Shown piece by piece: positions 1-12,959 of a DNA stretch of 64,000 nt. The notes beneath the pieces are model-generated. The model had not been told where the DNA came from and did not search any database. It saw only the letters and a program-made list of their open reading frames with translations. The DNA comes from Eledone cirrhosa (Eukaryota), in assembly GCA_964016885.1 (NCBI GenBank), contig OZ024745.1, positions 121,582,001-121,646,000 on the forward strand, given 5' to 3'. Position numbers and translations under genes: made by a program. How positions within the stretch are numbered: the first letter of the stretch is position 1; each line of letters starts with the position of its first letter.

Positions 1-394
1 TCTCATATTTGTTGAGTCTATTTAACGTAATATTTAAGAATGGCTAGGGCTGAGGGGATGGTATATCCTATTTTTTTTTTTTTGGTGGGGGTCTTTTCCA
101 GCAAATATAGGCCTAACCCTGAATTACACCTCAGATCAACTTGTACGCCAGCATATACGGTGTATACATTCATTATATGAACGCATGAGTCTTTAATTCC
201 TGATGTCATGGGAACATTAAACGTGCAGAGCCCATCCCTCTCCAGATTAAAAAGAAAGATATAGGGAGAGTGAGAAAGAAAGATGGTTGAAGAACTGGTA
301 CTTAGGCTGAGTAAAAACAAATTAGGCATTATTAGATTTATTGATGTAACTTTAGCTAGTTTTTATTTAATTTACTATTTATGGTTTTTTAATT

Positions 395-3300
395 TATTCC
401 TTATTCTCATTTCTTTTCCATACTGTCAAAGAGTAGTTTCCTCATGAGTCTTTCAAATATTGATGTATCTAAAATATATTCTACCGGAGAGGTTTGTCTA
501 AGACAAAAGAAGGTTAAAACATTAATCCTGTTGTAGTTGTGAAAGGAATAATGCAAACTCTCATAATTTTATCTTAAGGATATTAATATTTAAATTAAGT
601 TTGGAAGTAAAATATAAACTGTTATTTCATTTTCATTGCTTTTCATGAGAAAATGTACTTTGTCTTGTTAACATATTTTAGAATATGAAGGACACCCTAA
701 CTTTGACAGCATTGCTATATCTTTTGTATTTATGCCGTATAGTTCAGGGATAGTAAATGCACATGATAGTAATCTACTAGCCATATAATTGTTCCTGGTA
801 TCTACTAACTGTGCTACAAAACATATTTTATTACCATGCACTGTAGGTTTTATAGAAGCTTTATTCTGTGTAAGCCTTCAAATTAGCAGTCATTTAGAGA
901 TTGGATTAAAGACTGGGGTTCGTTCATTCTCAGGAAAAAATCTGCTAAGTTCAAATTTGAAGAGGAATGGTCTCGGCCATGTTTATAATGTCCAAGATGG
1001 CGTCCTTTTCGACTCTATCAGGAGTTACAGGCCATTTCTTTTCTTAAGAGGGTGACAAACTTCAAAATTCAGTTTGTTATATAAGAGAGATTAAAACCAG
1101 ATTAGACAATTGCTTTATTGAAGATTGTTATATGATTCATATATCTTATTGTGTTAGCTGACTTTCAGTCTGTAAAATATTTTCTGTTTGGGCATTTGAC
1201 TCTTGTTTTTCTGATAGAATTTTGTTGCTTTTAACTAGGTTTTTAATATTTTCATTTCTTCTCCGTGTTATCAGAGGGTCTGGTAAATTTCACATTTTCA
1301 TCTATTCATATTATCAGAGGGTCTGGTAAATTTCTTTTGATTTATCGTATCTTTGTTTTTATTAGTGTTATTAAGTGAATATTTTGTATTGATAGGCAAC
1401 AAGATTTATTTCTCATTAGATATCTAAAATATAAGCATACTATACAAAAAAGAATATTCTCTTTACTACAGAAGGCTGATCATTTGTACTGTGATAATTG
1501 TGAAAAAAAACCTGGCATTGACAGCATACCTATATCTTCTTATTTGTCATGCCGTATTGTTCAGGGATAGTAAATGCACATGATAGTAATCTACTAGCCA
1601 TATTCTAGTTGTTACTGGTATCTACTAACTGTGCTACACACTTGTTTCATTACCAAAAGGGAATTTTAACACCAATATTTAAAGCTTAACATATATACAT
1701 TCATTATACGAATGTATGAGTCTTCAATTTCTGATGGAGTCATGGGACCATTTAAATTTGGCAGATCCATCCCTCTCCAGATTGAAAAGAAAAATATACG
1801 GGAAGTGAGAAACAGATGGTTGAAGAATTAACCCCAGTATTAGATTTATTGATGTAACTTTAATTTACTATTTGTGGTTTTTGAATTTCTTTCTTCTAAC
1901 TGAATATTCCTTATTCTCATTTCTTTTCCATACTGTCAAAGAGTAGTTTCCTCTTGAGAGTCTTTCAAATATTGATGTATCTAAAATATATTCTACCGGA
2001 GAGGTTTGTCTAAGACAAAAGAAGGCTAAAACATTAATCCTGTTGTAGTTGTGAAAGAAATAATGCAAATTCATAATTTTATCTTAAGGATATTAATATT
2101 TAAATTAAGTTTGGAAGTAAAATATAAACTGTTATTTCATTTTCATTGCTTTTCATGAGAAAATGTACTTTGTCTTGTCAACATATTTTAGAATATGAAG
2201 GACACCCTAACTTTGACAGCATTGCTATATCTTTTGTATTTATGCCGTATAGTTCAGGGATAGTAAATGCACATGATAGTAATCTACTAGCCATATAATT
2301 GTTCCTGGTATCTACTAACTGTGCTACAAAACATATTTTATTACCATGCACTGTAGGTTTTATAGAAGCTTTATTCTGTGTAAGCCTTCAAATTAGCAGT
2401 CATTTAGAGATTGGATTAAAGACTGGGGTTCGTTCATTCTCAGGAAAAAATCTGCTGAGTTCAAATTTGAAGAGGAATGGTCTCAGCCATGTTTATAATG
2501 TCCAAGATGGCTTCCTTTTCGACTCTATCAGGAGTTACAGGCCATTTCTTTTCTTAAGAGGGTGACAAACTTCAAAATTCAGTTTGTTATATAAGAGAGA
2601 TTAAAACCAAATTAGACAATTGCTTTATTGAAGATTGTTATATGATTCATATATCTTATTGTGTTAGCTGACTTTCAGTCTGTAAAATATTTTCTGTTTG
2701 GGCATTTGACTCTTGGTTTTCTGATAGAATTTTGTTGCTTTTAACTAGGTATTTAATATTTTCATTTCTTCTCCGTGTTATCAGAGGGTCTGGTAAATTT
2801 CACATTTTCATCTATTCATATTATCAGAGGGTCTGGTAAATTTCTTTTGATTTATCGTATCTTTGTTTTTATTAGTGTTATTAAGTGAATATTTTGTATT
2901 GATAGGCAACAAGATTTATTTCTCATTAGATATCTAAAATATAAGCATACTATACAAAAAAGAATATTCTCTTTACTACAGAAGGCTGATCATTTGTACT
3001 GTGATAATTGTGGAAAAAAACCTGGCATTGACAGCATACCTATATCTTCTTATTTGTCATGCCGTATTGTTCAGGGATAGTAAATGCACATGATAGTAAT
3101 CTACTAGCCATATTCTACTTGTTACTGGTATCTACTAACTGTGCTACACACTTGTTTCATTACCAAAAGGGAATTTTGATACAATATTTAAAGCTTAACA
3201 TATATACATTCATTATACGAATGTATGAGTCTTCAATTTGGAAGTAAAATATAAACTGTTATTTCATTTTCATTGCTTTTCATGAGAAAATGTACTTTGG

Positions 3301-3445
3301 CTTGTCAACATATTTTAAAATATGAAAGACACCCTAACTTTGACAGCATAGCTATATCTTTTGTATTTATGCCGTATAGTTCAGGGATAGTAATCTACTA
3401 GCCATATTCTAGTTGTTACTGGTATCTATTAACTGTGCTACATGA
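395..3445. repeat. Tandem duplication (~1510-bp period) plus a partial third copy, upstream of the first visible eIF3J exon
   Basis: ~395-1720 is nearly identical to ~1905-3237 (ORFs 789-1055 and 2299-2565 differ at 2 aa; offset 1510). 3237-3445 repeats ~600-815 with a deletion. Confidence 0.9.
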
Positions 3446-5693
3446 TTCTTTATATATTATTGATACCAATTGAACCATTCTCTTGTAGAATTCATTGATG
3501 CTTTTATTTTATTTGTCTTTGTTGGTTTATTATAGAAGTTTTAATATAATTGGGAAAATATATTAAACCCAAAAATATAAGAATGTTTTGTTATGTTACA
3601 AATACAATCTTAATAAGAAAATGGTAATCAGTTGACAAGATATCAGACCTCATTCGCTTCCTGAATGGTGTGAAACTTGGCAAATCGGACCAAGGAAACA
3701 TTAGTCTTTCCATTAGTCTTTCCATTGCTCTACTAGTTACAAGTCCTGACTGAAAGAGCTACATGAAATAAAGTGTCTTGCTCAAGGATATAACACATCA
3801 CCTGGTCCAGGAGTGCATGTCTAACCACTAATTCCATCTTAAGAATAAAACAGTAATTTTAGTAAAATCTTCAAAATTCTTAGTTAAAATACAGTGCACT
3901 TTTATTAAGTGTCATAAGAGGTTAATTAAATTTACATTCATTAAATGATACATACATGTTACTTGAGTTAAGTGAGATTTTTGTCTCAACATTTTAAAGA
4001 TTGTTTAAGGTTTTTTTAACCTTATAGCTAGATATTTCTTATTTCCATATATTCTCCATACTTGTACAGGATCTATTTTTATATCTGATAATTTTGTATT
4101 TTGTATATAGAAAAGTTCTTTCTGAAAGTACTAATTTGGCTTTAATTATTAGTGTAGTTTATTGAACTAAATTTGTTTCATGCAAGCATATCATTATCAT
4201 ATATGCTGATAAAATGAATGTGCTGATTAAAGAATAGGGATGTCAATGCATTTTGAAATAAAGTGTTTGCACTATTCCATAGATATAGATATATATATAT
4301 TGGTAATAAATACAGTTTTTTTGATACCTAATTGCTGAAACTGTCCTTGGCTCTATGAAAATGTCTTGGTAACTATAGATAGGCTTTCATTAAAAAGATA
4401 ATAAAAAATCAAAATAGAAATAGATTGTAGAAATCCATTGAAGCTGTGATGTTTTGTCTTAAATTGGGGCCTTCAAAGAAGGGCGACAAAGATTTTGATT
4501 TTGTTTGAGGAAAATACCATTGTTGGCAGCTAAAAGTTATTTTTTTGTCTGCTCCTTTCAGAGGTGTGTCATCCTTCAGATGGTTTTATGGTTAGAAAAA
4601 GAAAGCAAAAGTGAGGTGTATGTGCTACTGGATATGTCATGATTAGAGAAAAATATTACAAAAGGAGCTCAAAAATATACAACACATTTTGTATGTTTTG
4701 TGCATCTAAAAATCAACATGACCTACAACTCACAAGGCCAAGGCATTTATCAGCAATTGAGATTTTTGAATTAGCCCAAACCAGTGCTGTTTTGTTCATA
4801 TCTGGCCTTATTGGCAATAAACTACTTTCTCCAAATCATGCAGGGAGTCACATATCTTTTACTTCTATTTATATATTATTATTATTATTAATATTTATTT
4901 AAATTAATATTTTTTTTCAATTTCCTTGGCTACAAAATATCTTGCAACTGAAAGGGGTTTAGTAATATATATTTCCTCTTCATTTTCCCACAAGTTGCAC
5001 AGGTCTGAGCTAACAAATAACCACTCCCCTCATGTGTGAAATCCAACATCTGAGATATTACTCTACAATAGACACCTTCCACTGTTACTACCTAACACTT
5101 TTAATCCAGTACTCACCATCTATTTACATTACATGTTATCTCCTCTGCATACATCATAAAATACTTTTAATGACTGTTGCTTTCTCTTGGCTTCATTTCT
5201 GCTCTGCTTTTCAAGCCAGTTACTAATGTATGTATGTTTTCATAACTCCTGGTGGAGTCGTAGGAGCACCATAGTGACATAGTGTTTCTATGGCATTTTA
5301 AAACATGACAGAGCCCATCTGAATACAGCAGATTTCTTCCAGAGAAGAATAGAAAGTGATATAGAGAAAGAATCAGCCCCACTACTAAACTGGTACTTTT
5401 TTTATCAACCTCAAATGGATGAAAGGCAAAGTTAACCTCTGCGAGATTTGAACTCAGCCGGAACAAATACCACAAATCATTCAATCCAATGTTCTAATAA
5501 CTTTGCCAATTCACTGCCTTCAGTTACTAATAGTTCTGACAATTATTATTTAGACACCTTATTAACATTTGCGTAAGTTTTCAAATATTCTTGAATAATT
5601 GGAGCAATTCAGCTGTAATTTAGAACATTTCTTTCAGGTTCAGTCAGTTATTTGTTTATTTATTACACTAAAAATAATTTCTTGTGTTTTTAG

Positions 5694-5803
5694 GTTTAGG
5701 AGAAGGAGGAGGAGGAGCTGGTATTGATCAGATGAGTCCAGAGTCAGAAGAAGATTTTGTAAAGTTTGAAGAAGCATTAAAAGAAAAGATAACGTCATTT
5801 GAG
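5694..5803 (+). CDS. EIF3J: eIF3J internal exon
   Basis: ttttag|GT TTA GGA...TTT GAG|gtaata; encodes GIDQMSPESEEDFVKFEEALKEKITSFE. Confidence 0.93.
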
Positions 5804-8800
5804 GTAATATTTTCTCTAGCTCTTGGTTATAACATGCATATGCATATATACACCACACGCTTTAAGGTTAATAAGTCAATTGTTTGTGAAGGCGTGTGGC
5901 TGATTGGTTAGAGAACTGGATTCGCAATCGTGAGGTTGTCGGTTTGATTCCCAGACCAGGCATTACGTTATGTCCTTGAGCAAGACATTATTTCACGTTG
6001 CTCCTTCTACCCGGAGTAGCGACCGATAGACAGTATTAACAATTGGAAAGACCAACAGAAACATTGTTTCCTCGGTCCGAAAGTTGATTGACTCCCCCCC
6101 CCCCCCCCCCCCCCCCCGTCAATTGTGGGTTCATAAGAGTTTTCAGTCCCTGAGCTTACTCTCCACCGTAACTCAAGTTGTTTCAAAGCTTTTTTTTTTA
6201 TTCCTACATAGAACATCGGTGCTTCAGGTTGCCGCACCCCCAACTACTGGGTGCATTTATTAAGTAGATTACCAACACTGAGGGTGGGGGGTTGTCATAT
6301 CTTTGACATAATCGTAACTGTAAGAGTTCTTCTAACCCTACTGTTAGTTTTGTAATACCCATCATTTTATTCTTGACATGTGAATGCAATGTTTGAAACA
6401 TATCCTAAAAACTGCTAAATCCAGTGAAATGGAAAATTATTTGAATTTCATTTAATCTTTACCATGCTAGACATTTTTATGAATTGCTTCCCTTGACACT
6501 GCATTATGTATTAAGGGGAAATTACTCTATTGGCAACTTAATGCACCTGAAGCACCCAGAGGGTTAAATGTTTCCTCATAGAATGAGTTATTAGCTACTA
6601 TTGAGCTGGGATATATAACTGAATTGTAATATGAAACAGTTTGATTTTCAATTCAGCTTGAATCTATATAAACTAGTTTGCCATAAAAGCTAAATAGCAT
6701 GAAATACTGGAATTAAAAAAAAAAAAAACTTTGCACACATGCACAATAATGAAGTGGTTCACTATTGTAATTAACCATTTCATGATTGCATTTCTAATGA
6801 AATTCAGTCTATAATGTCAGTTTTTCCACGCTGCATGGGTCAGACGGTTCGTCCATACCGGGAGGCAAGTCTGGCCAGGATTGGCCATGTGTTGCTCCGG
6901 CAGTTTGGAACTGGATACATGTGCATATATATATATATATATATTACGTCCCACCCTTGCAAGCAGGGAAAAGCGGACGTAAAATGATGATGATATATAG
7001 TAGTGATAATAAATACATAGACCAAAAGTGAGAGAGGACCTGATAAGAGTTGTATATCATTATCATCGTTTAACGTCCATTTTCCACTCTAGCATAAAAA
7101 TATAGTATTTTATAAAGTGTGGTCATGTGGTTAAAGAGTTTGCTTTGCAGCCTTATAGTTTCATATTCAGTGCCACTGCGTGGCATAAAATACCTTGTAA
7201 GCGAAATTTTGTGAAACTGTTGAAAGCTTGTCGTGTGTGTTTGTGTATCCATGTCACAACTTATGGCCTTCTCCAAAGTAAAACCATATGTTTCCAACTC
7301 ATGGACTGCAGATGTAAAAACGACAATGATAAACAATTGTGTAGACCCCTAGATAAGCGTGTATTATCCCGTCAACTTAATGTCTATTTTTCATTGCTGA
7401 CAGAAGTTGGATGGGTCTGCTGTACATGATATTATCAATTGCCTTTATGTAATCTCACCTCTCCCCCCCCCCCCCCCCCAAAAAAAAAACGCTCACTCAT
7501 TATTCATTCTTGACATCCCTTACTACAGTTGATGCCTATTCAGTTTAAGCAGAGCTTCCTAAACGTTTTAGACCATAGACCTATTAATGGAATCCTTGAC
7601 CCCTCATTAATCCCAGATGTGTACAAAAGTAATAAATAAATCAGTGAACAGAATACAGTGAAATTCACGGGATATAAAAAAATTTGTTGTCACAAAAAGT
7701 TCTTTGACCAAAAACAAATTGACCATTTGTTTGTTTATTACCTCGGGAATTGAAAAAAGTTTCATTATAATGGAATTTTACCTGTATAACATACAGAGTA
7801 ATATATAAATCAGAAATCTGTATAAGAAAGTTATATTTATTGTGTTATTTTATGTATTTTAATTTCTTATACAAATGTCTGGTTTTGGCCCAAAAGTCCA
7901 ATTGATTCTTGGGTGTAGATATTGACCACTTTAGGTGCTCTGGATTTGAGCATTTACCCTTCAGCATTTACATTACTCTATATTTACTATTATATTTCCA
8001 TGGTAAGGCTTTAGCTCATAATATTGAATCTATGAGATTTTGATATTATTTACAATACCTTAACATCAGTATGAGCAGCTGGTTACAGCTGTTTTGAACA
8101 GAAAGAAGTGAGAGTTGTGGCCAGATACGGTCGGTTTAAATGCTAAAGGGTTAAAACAAGGTTGAAGCTGGTCTTTATGTTAAGATTGATCATTTAAATC
8201 TTTTTTTTTTCTTCTTCTTCCCAGAAATCACCACATTATACAGCATTTTTAGACAAGCTATTTACAGACCTTATTATTAATGGTAATTATAATTTGTATA
8301 TTTTTCTGTTATTGCTAAAAGATATGCATAAAATTACTTTCAAATAATTCTACATTATATCTATATATGAAATCATGTTAAATAGCCATAAGTTTGTCTT
8401 ATTTTTTTATGGTAGAATTAACAATAGCAATTCAACGAGTGCCGAATTTACAGAGGTATTAGACTGTTGGATAGAATATTTTGCAGTATTTAAGAGTTTG
8501 TGGTAGTTCATGCAACTAAATTTATCCATATTTTTGGAGCTATTTACATTAGTAACTTTTAGATCACGTGTGTGCCAGCCTCTAAAAGAAAAATGTTTGA
8601 ATGTTGATAGTTTATCATTTGTTGATTGAGATATCTAAATGTTAAAATATTTAATATTTTTCATTAAAAACAATTTTTTCTTCCTATTAGTTGAATCTGA
8701 GGAAATTAGAAAAATAAATGCGTCACTTAGCAGTATGTATCATGAAAAACTGAAACAACAGAAGGTAAGTAAGCTATGTCCAATTTTTATATGTAAAATA

Positions 8801-10092
8801 TTTAAAACAGCAGTAAAATTGACCTTAACTGACCAAAGTTGAGTATCATTTTTAGATGTTTGGTTTGAATTATTGGTGTATTAAGTTATTTAAAATAAGA
8901 AAAAGTAGCGATGAGTGGTGCAAAATCAGCGGCACTAGAGATTAAAGATAAAAATTGCTTTGAAAATGGTTTTAATTGGCTTAAAACCATTTAGCATTTG
9001 CATTACTCTATATATACTGTTGTATTTTCGTGGTAAAGGCTTTACCTCACATAATATCGAAGTTATGAGATTTTGATATTATTTATTTTGAGAACAACAC
9101 CTTGACGTTGGTATAAGCTGCCAGTTATGGCCGGTTTGAACAGAAAAGGGTGAGAGAATTCGGGCTGGATATGGCTGGTTTAAATGCTAAAGGGTTAAAT
9201 AACAATTTGGGAGTTATTAAATGTAGGATATGATAGTTGTGGTATTTGTTTCAGCTATAGTTCAAATCTCACTATTGGGTGATAGACATAATGTCATCTA
9301 GTTTGACTCTTTAAAGCCAATTTGAACAGAAAGAAGTAGTGAGAGAATTCTGGCTACATACGGCCAGTTTAAATGCTAAAGGGTTAGCTCATCCACCAGA
9401 CATTTGTGTGCCTTTAGCAAAGTTCAAATTATTGTAAGAATTCTGGTTTTGTCTCCAGTATGAAGATATCATTCATCGACCAACTGCGGAAATCCTGAAA
9501 AATACCATGGGCACCATTCTTCCCTCACCTGCTAAACATTAAAAAGAAAAAAATCTCTAGTAGTTTAGTTTTGGTTTTAAATGGTTTATTTTGGTGTTGG
9601 TTGTAGGGTTATGTAATACATATATATATATGTGGAGTGGTTGGGTATAAGAAGGGCATCCAGCCACAGAAATCTTGCCAAAACAAAGGGTTGAGAGGAC
9701 CCTCAGTAGTGTCAAAGATACGACAAACTCCTGTGCACTCAGTGGAATGTGAGGCCTTACATAAGCGAGATACAGGCTCCTGGCCTGCCTGGGAGTAGCT
9801 CCGTTTCAGTACTGGCTTGGTTTATGTAGACCCATCCAATCCTTGCTACCAGGGAAAGCTGTTGTTAAAACATTTGATATGTTTGTTTTCAAAATGGTAA
9901 TCTTTGTCTGTTTAACAGTATTCTTTATATAGGTTTTGGAAGTGGCAATATATTTCAAGAATATCTTTTCAATTTCTTTTTTAGGAAACCGAGAAAAAGA
10001 AGAAAAAGAAAACTAAAGCATCTATAAAATTTGGAAAAGAAAATGACTTAGATGATATACGCTATGATGACTTTGCAGAAGATTTTATGTAA
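5694..10092 (+). CDS. EIF3J: Eukaryotic translation initiation factor 3 subunit J, 3' part; join(5694..5803,8225..8282,8691..8764,9985..10092); 5' exons lie outside the window
   Basis: Spliced translation GLGEGGGGAGIDQMSPESEEDFVKFEEALKEKITSFE/KSPHYTAFLDKLFTDLIIN/VESEEIRKINASLSSMYHEKLKQQK/ETEKKKKKKTKASIKFGKENDLDDIRYDDFAEDFM* matches the eIF3j C-terminal helices, Lys-rich stretch and terminal EDFM. All junctions are AG/GT with compatible phases. Confidence 0.95.
5888..6003 (+). mobile_element. tRNA-headed SINE (family B), 5' part
   Basis: GAAGGCGTGTGGC..TGGTTAGAG A-box-like and GGTTTGATTCCC B-box-like motifs, then CCTTGAGCAAGACA shared with the copies at 17191, 36470 and 37030. Confidence 0.7.
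7954..8154. mobile_element. piggyBac-type TTAA MITE (~220 bp family)
   Basis: Ends AAATGCTAAAGGG|TTAA; matches the family below. Further copies at ~8985-9198, 9310-9385, 11895-12035, 37345-37574, 38079-38222, 45377-45474, 46419-46633 and 63870-63998. Confidence 0.75.
8225..8282 (+). CDS. EIF3J: eIF3J internal exon
   Basis: pyrimidine tract + ccag|AAA TCA CCA CAT TAT...AAT G|gtaatt; encodes KSPHYTAFLDKLFTDLIIN. Confidence 0.92.
8691..8764 (+). CDS. EIF3J: eIF3J internal exon
   Basis: tattag|TT GAA TCT...CAG AAG|gtaagt; encodes (V)ESEEIRKINASLSSMYHEKLKQQK. Confidence 0.93.
9985..10092 (+). CDS. EIF3J: eIF3J terminal coding exon
   Basis: tttttag|GAA ACC...GAT TTT ATG TAA; ends in the conserved EDFM*. 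Confidence 0.95.
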   Translation, partial: ETEKKKKKKTKASIKFGKENDLDDIRYDDFAEDFM

Positions 10093-10594
10093 GAAATATC
10101 TGATGTGTGTGCCCCTGGTCCATTGGCTGTGGCTATAGATTGCTACTTAATGATTAATTTGATACTGTCAGCATAAGAAGTTAAAACAGTGGCTTTTGGT
10201 GATGGTATTTGTGGTGCAGGGTGTTTGACATTTGTATTTTTCCACATTAACCTCACCTTCGCTACTGCCTGATGGAGCAGTAAATGAATTTGTACATTTA
10301 AATAGGTTGATTAAATAAATCACGATGCTTTTACATGGTGGATGACATCTCAATGGCACTTAACTCATTGGTCCATGTGCCTTGGGTGACTTCTCTACTG
10401 ACTTTTGAACCAAATGTAAAAGAAAGAAATCAATTTATTATCTAATATGTAGAGAATCTTAAAGAAGACCAGCTTAATGGTGCCATTGCTGACAAACATT
10501 CTCAATTCCAGCTCTTAATTTCTTCCTTCCCTCATTTTTTTGCCCCCTCTCCCATCTCTATTATAAAAATTATTTATAATATAAATATTCTATT

Positions 10595-10600
10595 AATAAA
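10595..10600 (+). terminator. Candidate eIF3J polyadenylation signal
   Basis: AATAAA ~500 bp after the stop, followed by a GT/T-rich tract. Confidence 0.5.
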
Positions 10601-10668
10601 TATTCTCTAAGTATGTTTGTTTACTTGCTTCATCAAATATTTTGTCTTGTGTTTGTGACAATTTTCCT

Positions 10669-11081
10669 TTAACCCTTTAGCATTCACATTACTCTATATA
10701 TACTTGTTTCTACTTTAGGCACAAGGCCAGCAAATTACCCAGTGCATTACTGGTACTTTATTTTATCGACCCCGTAAGGATGAAAGGCAAAGTCAACCTC
10801 GGCGGGATTTGAACTCAGATCATAAAGGGACGTAACTATGCTGGAAAGCATGGCGTCCGACCCTCTACCGATACTGCCAATCCACCACCCTGCCAATCCA
10901 CCACCATTACTCTATATATACTATTGTATTTTCATGGGTAATGCTTTATCTCACATAATATCGAATCTATGAGATTTTGAAAGTATTTATTTTGAGAACA
11001 ATACCTTAACATCAGTTTGAGTGACCAGTTTCAACAGAAAAAGGTAGAGAATTTTGGCCGGTTTGAACATTAAAGGGTTAA
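10669..11081. mobile_element. piggyBac-type TTAA MITE with a nested SINE
   Basis: TTAA|CCCTTTAGCATT ... TAAAGGG|TTAA; the internal SINE is flanked by an 18-bp duplication. Confidence 0.85.
10705..10904 (-). mobile_element. tRNA-derived SINE (family A) with 18-bp TSD
   Basis: Reverse complement of GGTGGATTGGCAGTATCGGTAGAGG..GAGTTCAAATCCCGCC..CTTGTGCCTAAAGTAGAAACAA; TSD CATTACTCTATATATACT at 10687-10704 and 10905-10922. Confidence 0.9.
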
Positions 11082-12959
11082 TCAACTTTGCATATATTGA
11101 AGAATAAGCAGCGGGGAGGGGTGATGGTTTGCATGCCACATGATAGGCTTCATGTTCATCATGGGTTTCTTTTTGAAGCAATATTTTATGGCTAGATGCC
11201 CTTCCTGGTACCAAGCTTTCTAATGACATACATGTTGAATAGTCGATTATATGCTAAAATGATTTAATTAGAATTGCAATTTTATTGTAATTACTTTTCT
11301 ATTTGATTGTCTAAATAGTCAGGGTCTCAAATTATACACACACCCATTTATGAGCCCTTAGGTACATGACCCTTGGTTTTGCTCCAATTTTATGGTTGCT
11401 TGATTAGTAACTATGTAACAGTTGACAATAGTCAAGTTGTAAAACATTGGTGTACATTCTTCTAGGCACAGGCATGGCAATGTGGTTAAGGGCTTCACTT
11501 TGCAAACATGGTTTTGAGTTCATCCCCAATATGTGGCATTATGTGCGATTTATACTACTACAACGTTGAGTTGACTAATGCCTTGTCAGTGAAATTTGGT
11601 AGACAGAAACAGCAGATGCCCATCTCTCTCTCCCTCATTATATATATATTTGTATGCATTTATCTATCTGTGTTTGTTTAGGTTCTGTAATTTAGTGGTT
11701 CAACAAAAAAGAGATTAAGTGCTGGGTATCAGTATGATTGACTAATTCCTTCCAAGTCTCTGTCTCAGTGGGTTAATCTAATAGTGACCTAAACTAGTTA
11801 AAGAATTGTTTCTTTATCTTTTGCACAAAAGTTTTGGTGTTATTTATTTTGGACACTGGCAAAAGTCAGTCTTCGTGTTGTTCATCATGATCGTTTAAAC
11901 TGGCTACTCATACTGATGTTACGGTATTCTCAAAATAAATAATATCAAAATCTCATAGATTCGATATGTTAGATAATTATGTGAGGTAAAGAAAATATAA
12001 TAGTAAATATAGAGTAATGTAAATGTTAAACAGGGTTATCACTTAATGAAACAAGTCAGGTCAGGTGACTGAGTTTTGTTAATACAGATCTGTATTTTGG
12101 CTTGCTTTCTACAGTTGGATGCCAACCATGTTAGTGTGGACTGGGTGCTTTTTATTGTGGCACCAGCATGACCACTTTACATTCTATCATGGTTAACTCC
12201 TAGCTGATTGTGATACTCATTTTCAACTTAGCTTCATTTCACATTGCTCCAGTCAACTGTCAAATAGGACCGATACACTTTCAGTTGTTTTCCCACTCAC
12301 TCAATTTAATTAAGTCTGTATCATTCTGACATCAACCCAAGGAAATTGGTTGGACACTTATACGTTAAATAGTGAAAAAAACGATTTTGTCGGGGTAGAA
12401 AATTTTGTTTTCCGACCCTGACCAATGCATTAGTTTCTGCAACTCCATCTGCTAGCGGCAGTCCAAATGAAACTACCGTGCACAGAAATTAGGTAATGCT
12501 TTTAAGCAGTATGTAATTGGCTAAGAGTTACTTCATCAGTGGGGAATTAGCCCTCTGGAACATATCGGTTACCAACTCACTACTCCGATTTACTTCAGCC
12601 ATTGCAATATTAAATGCAACCTTCAGTGTTACGCAACTTGACAGCAAAGGGGAGGTAAGATAGTTCTGACTATTCGCAGAGGACTCGTATTCAAACCAGT
12701 ACTTCCATATAGAAAGCAAACAATTAAATAAACAGTAAAAAGTTCAACTTACAAATGAGGGTTATCCACAGGGACTTGAATAATAGTGAAACAAAGCTGT
12801 TGAATAGGACTGATACACCTTTGGTCACTTTTCCACTTTCTCAACAATTTAAGGCACCTATCCAAGGAAATTAGAGTGCACACTTTATTGTTATAAACTA
12901 TGACCACATACACTTGGTCATTTTATTCATGGTGTCACACTTTCTTAACTTCGTGTTTA

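Noticed and set aside
4562-4615. Possible extra eIF3J exon (ctttcag..GAG|gtgtat)
   Set aside because: Weak donor and no eIF3j-like translation; cannot be supported without RNA data.
6040-6150. Possible degenerate minus-strand hammerhead around the poly-C tract; similar case at ~40985-41025
   Set aside because: The core is mutated and stem I cannot be paired convincingly.
12528-12719. Minus-strand ORF with LKVAFNIAMAEVNRSSEL, faintly like a receptor ligand-binding helix
   Set aside because: Short, with no convincing splice sites or partner exons; the resemblance is too weak to call.
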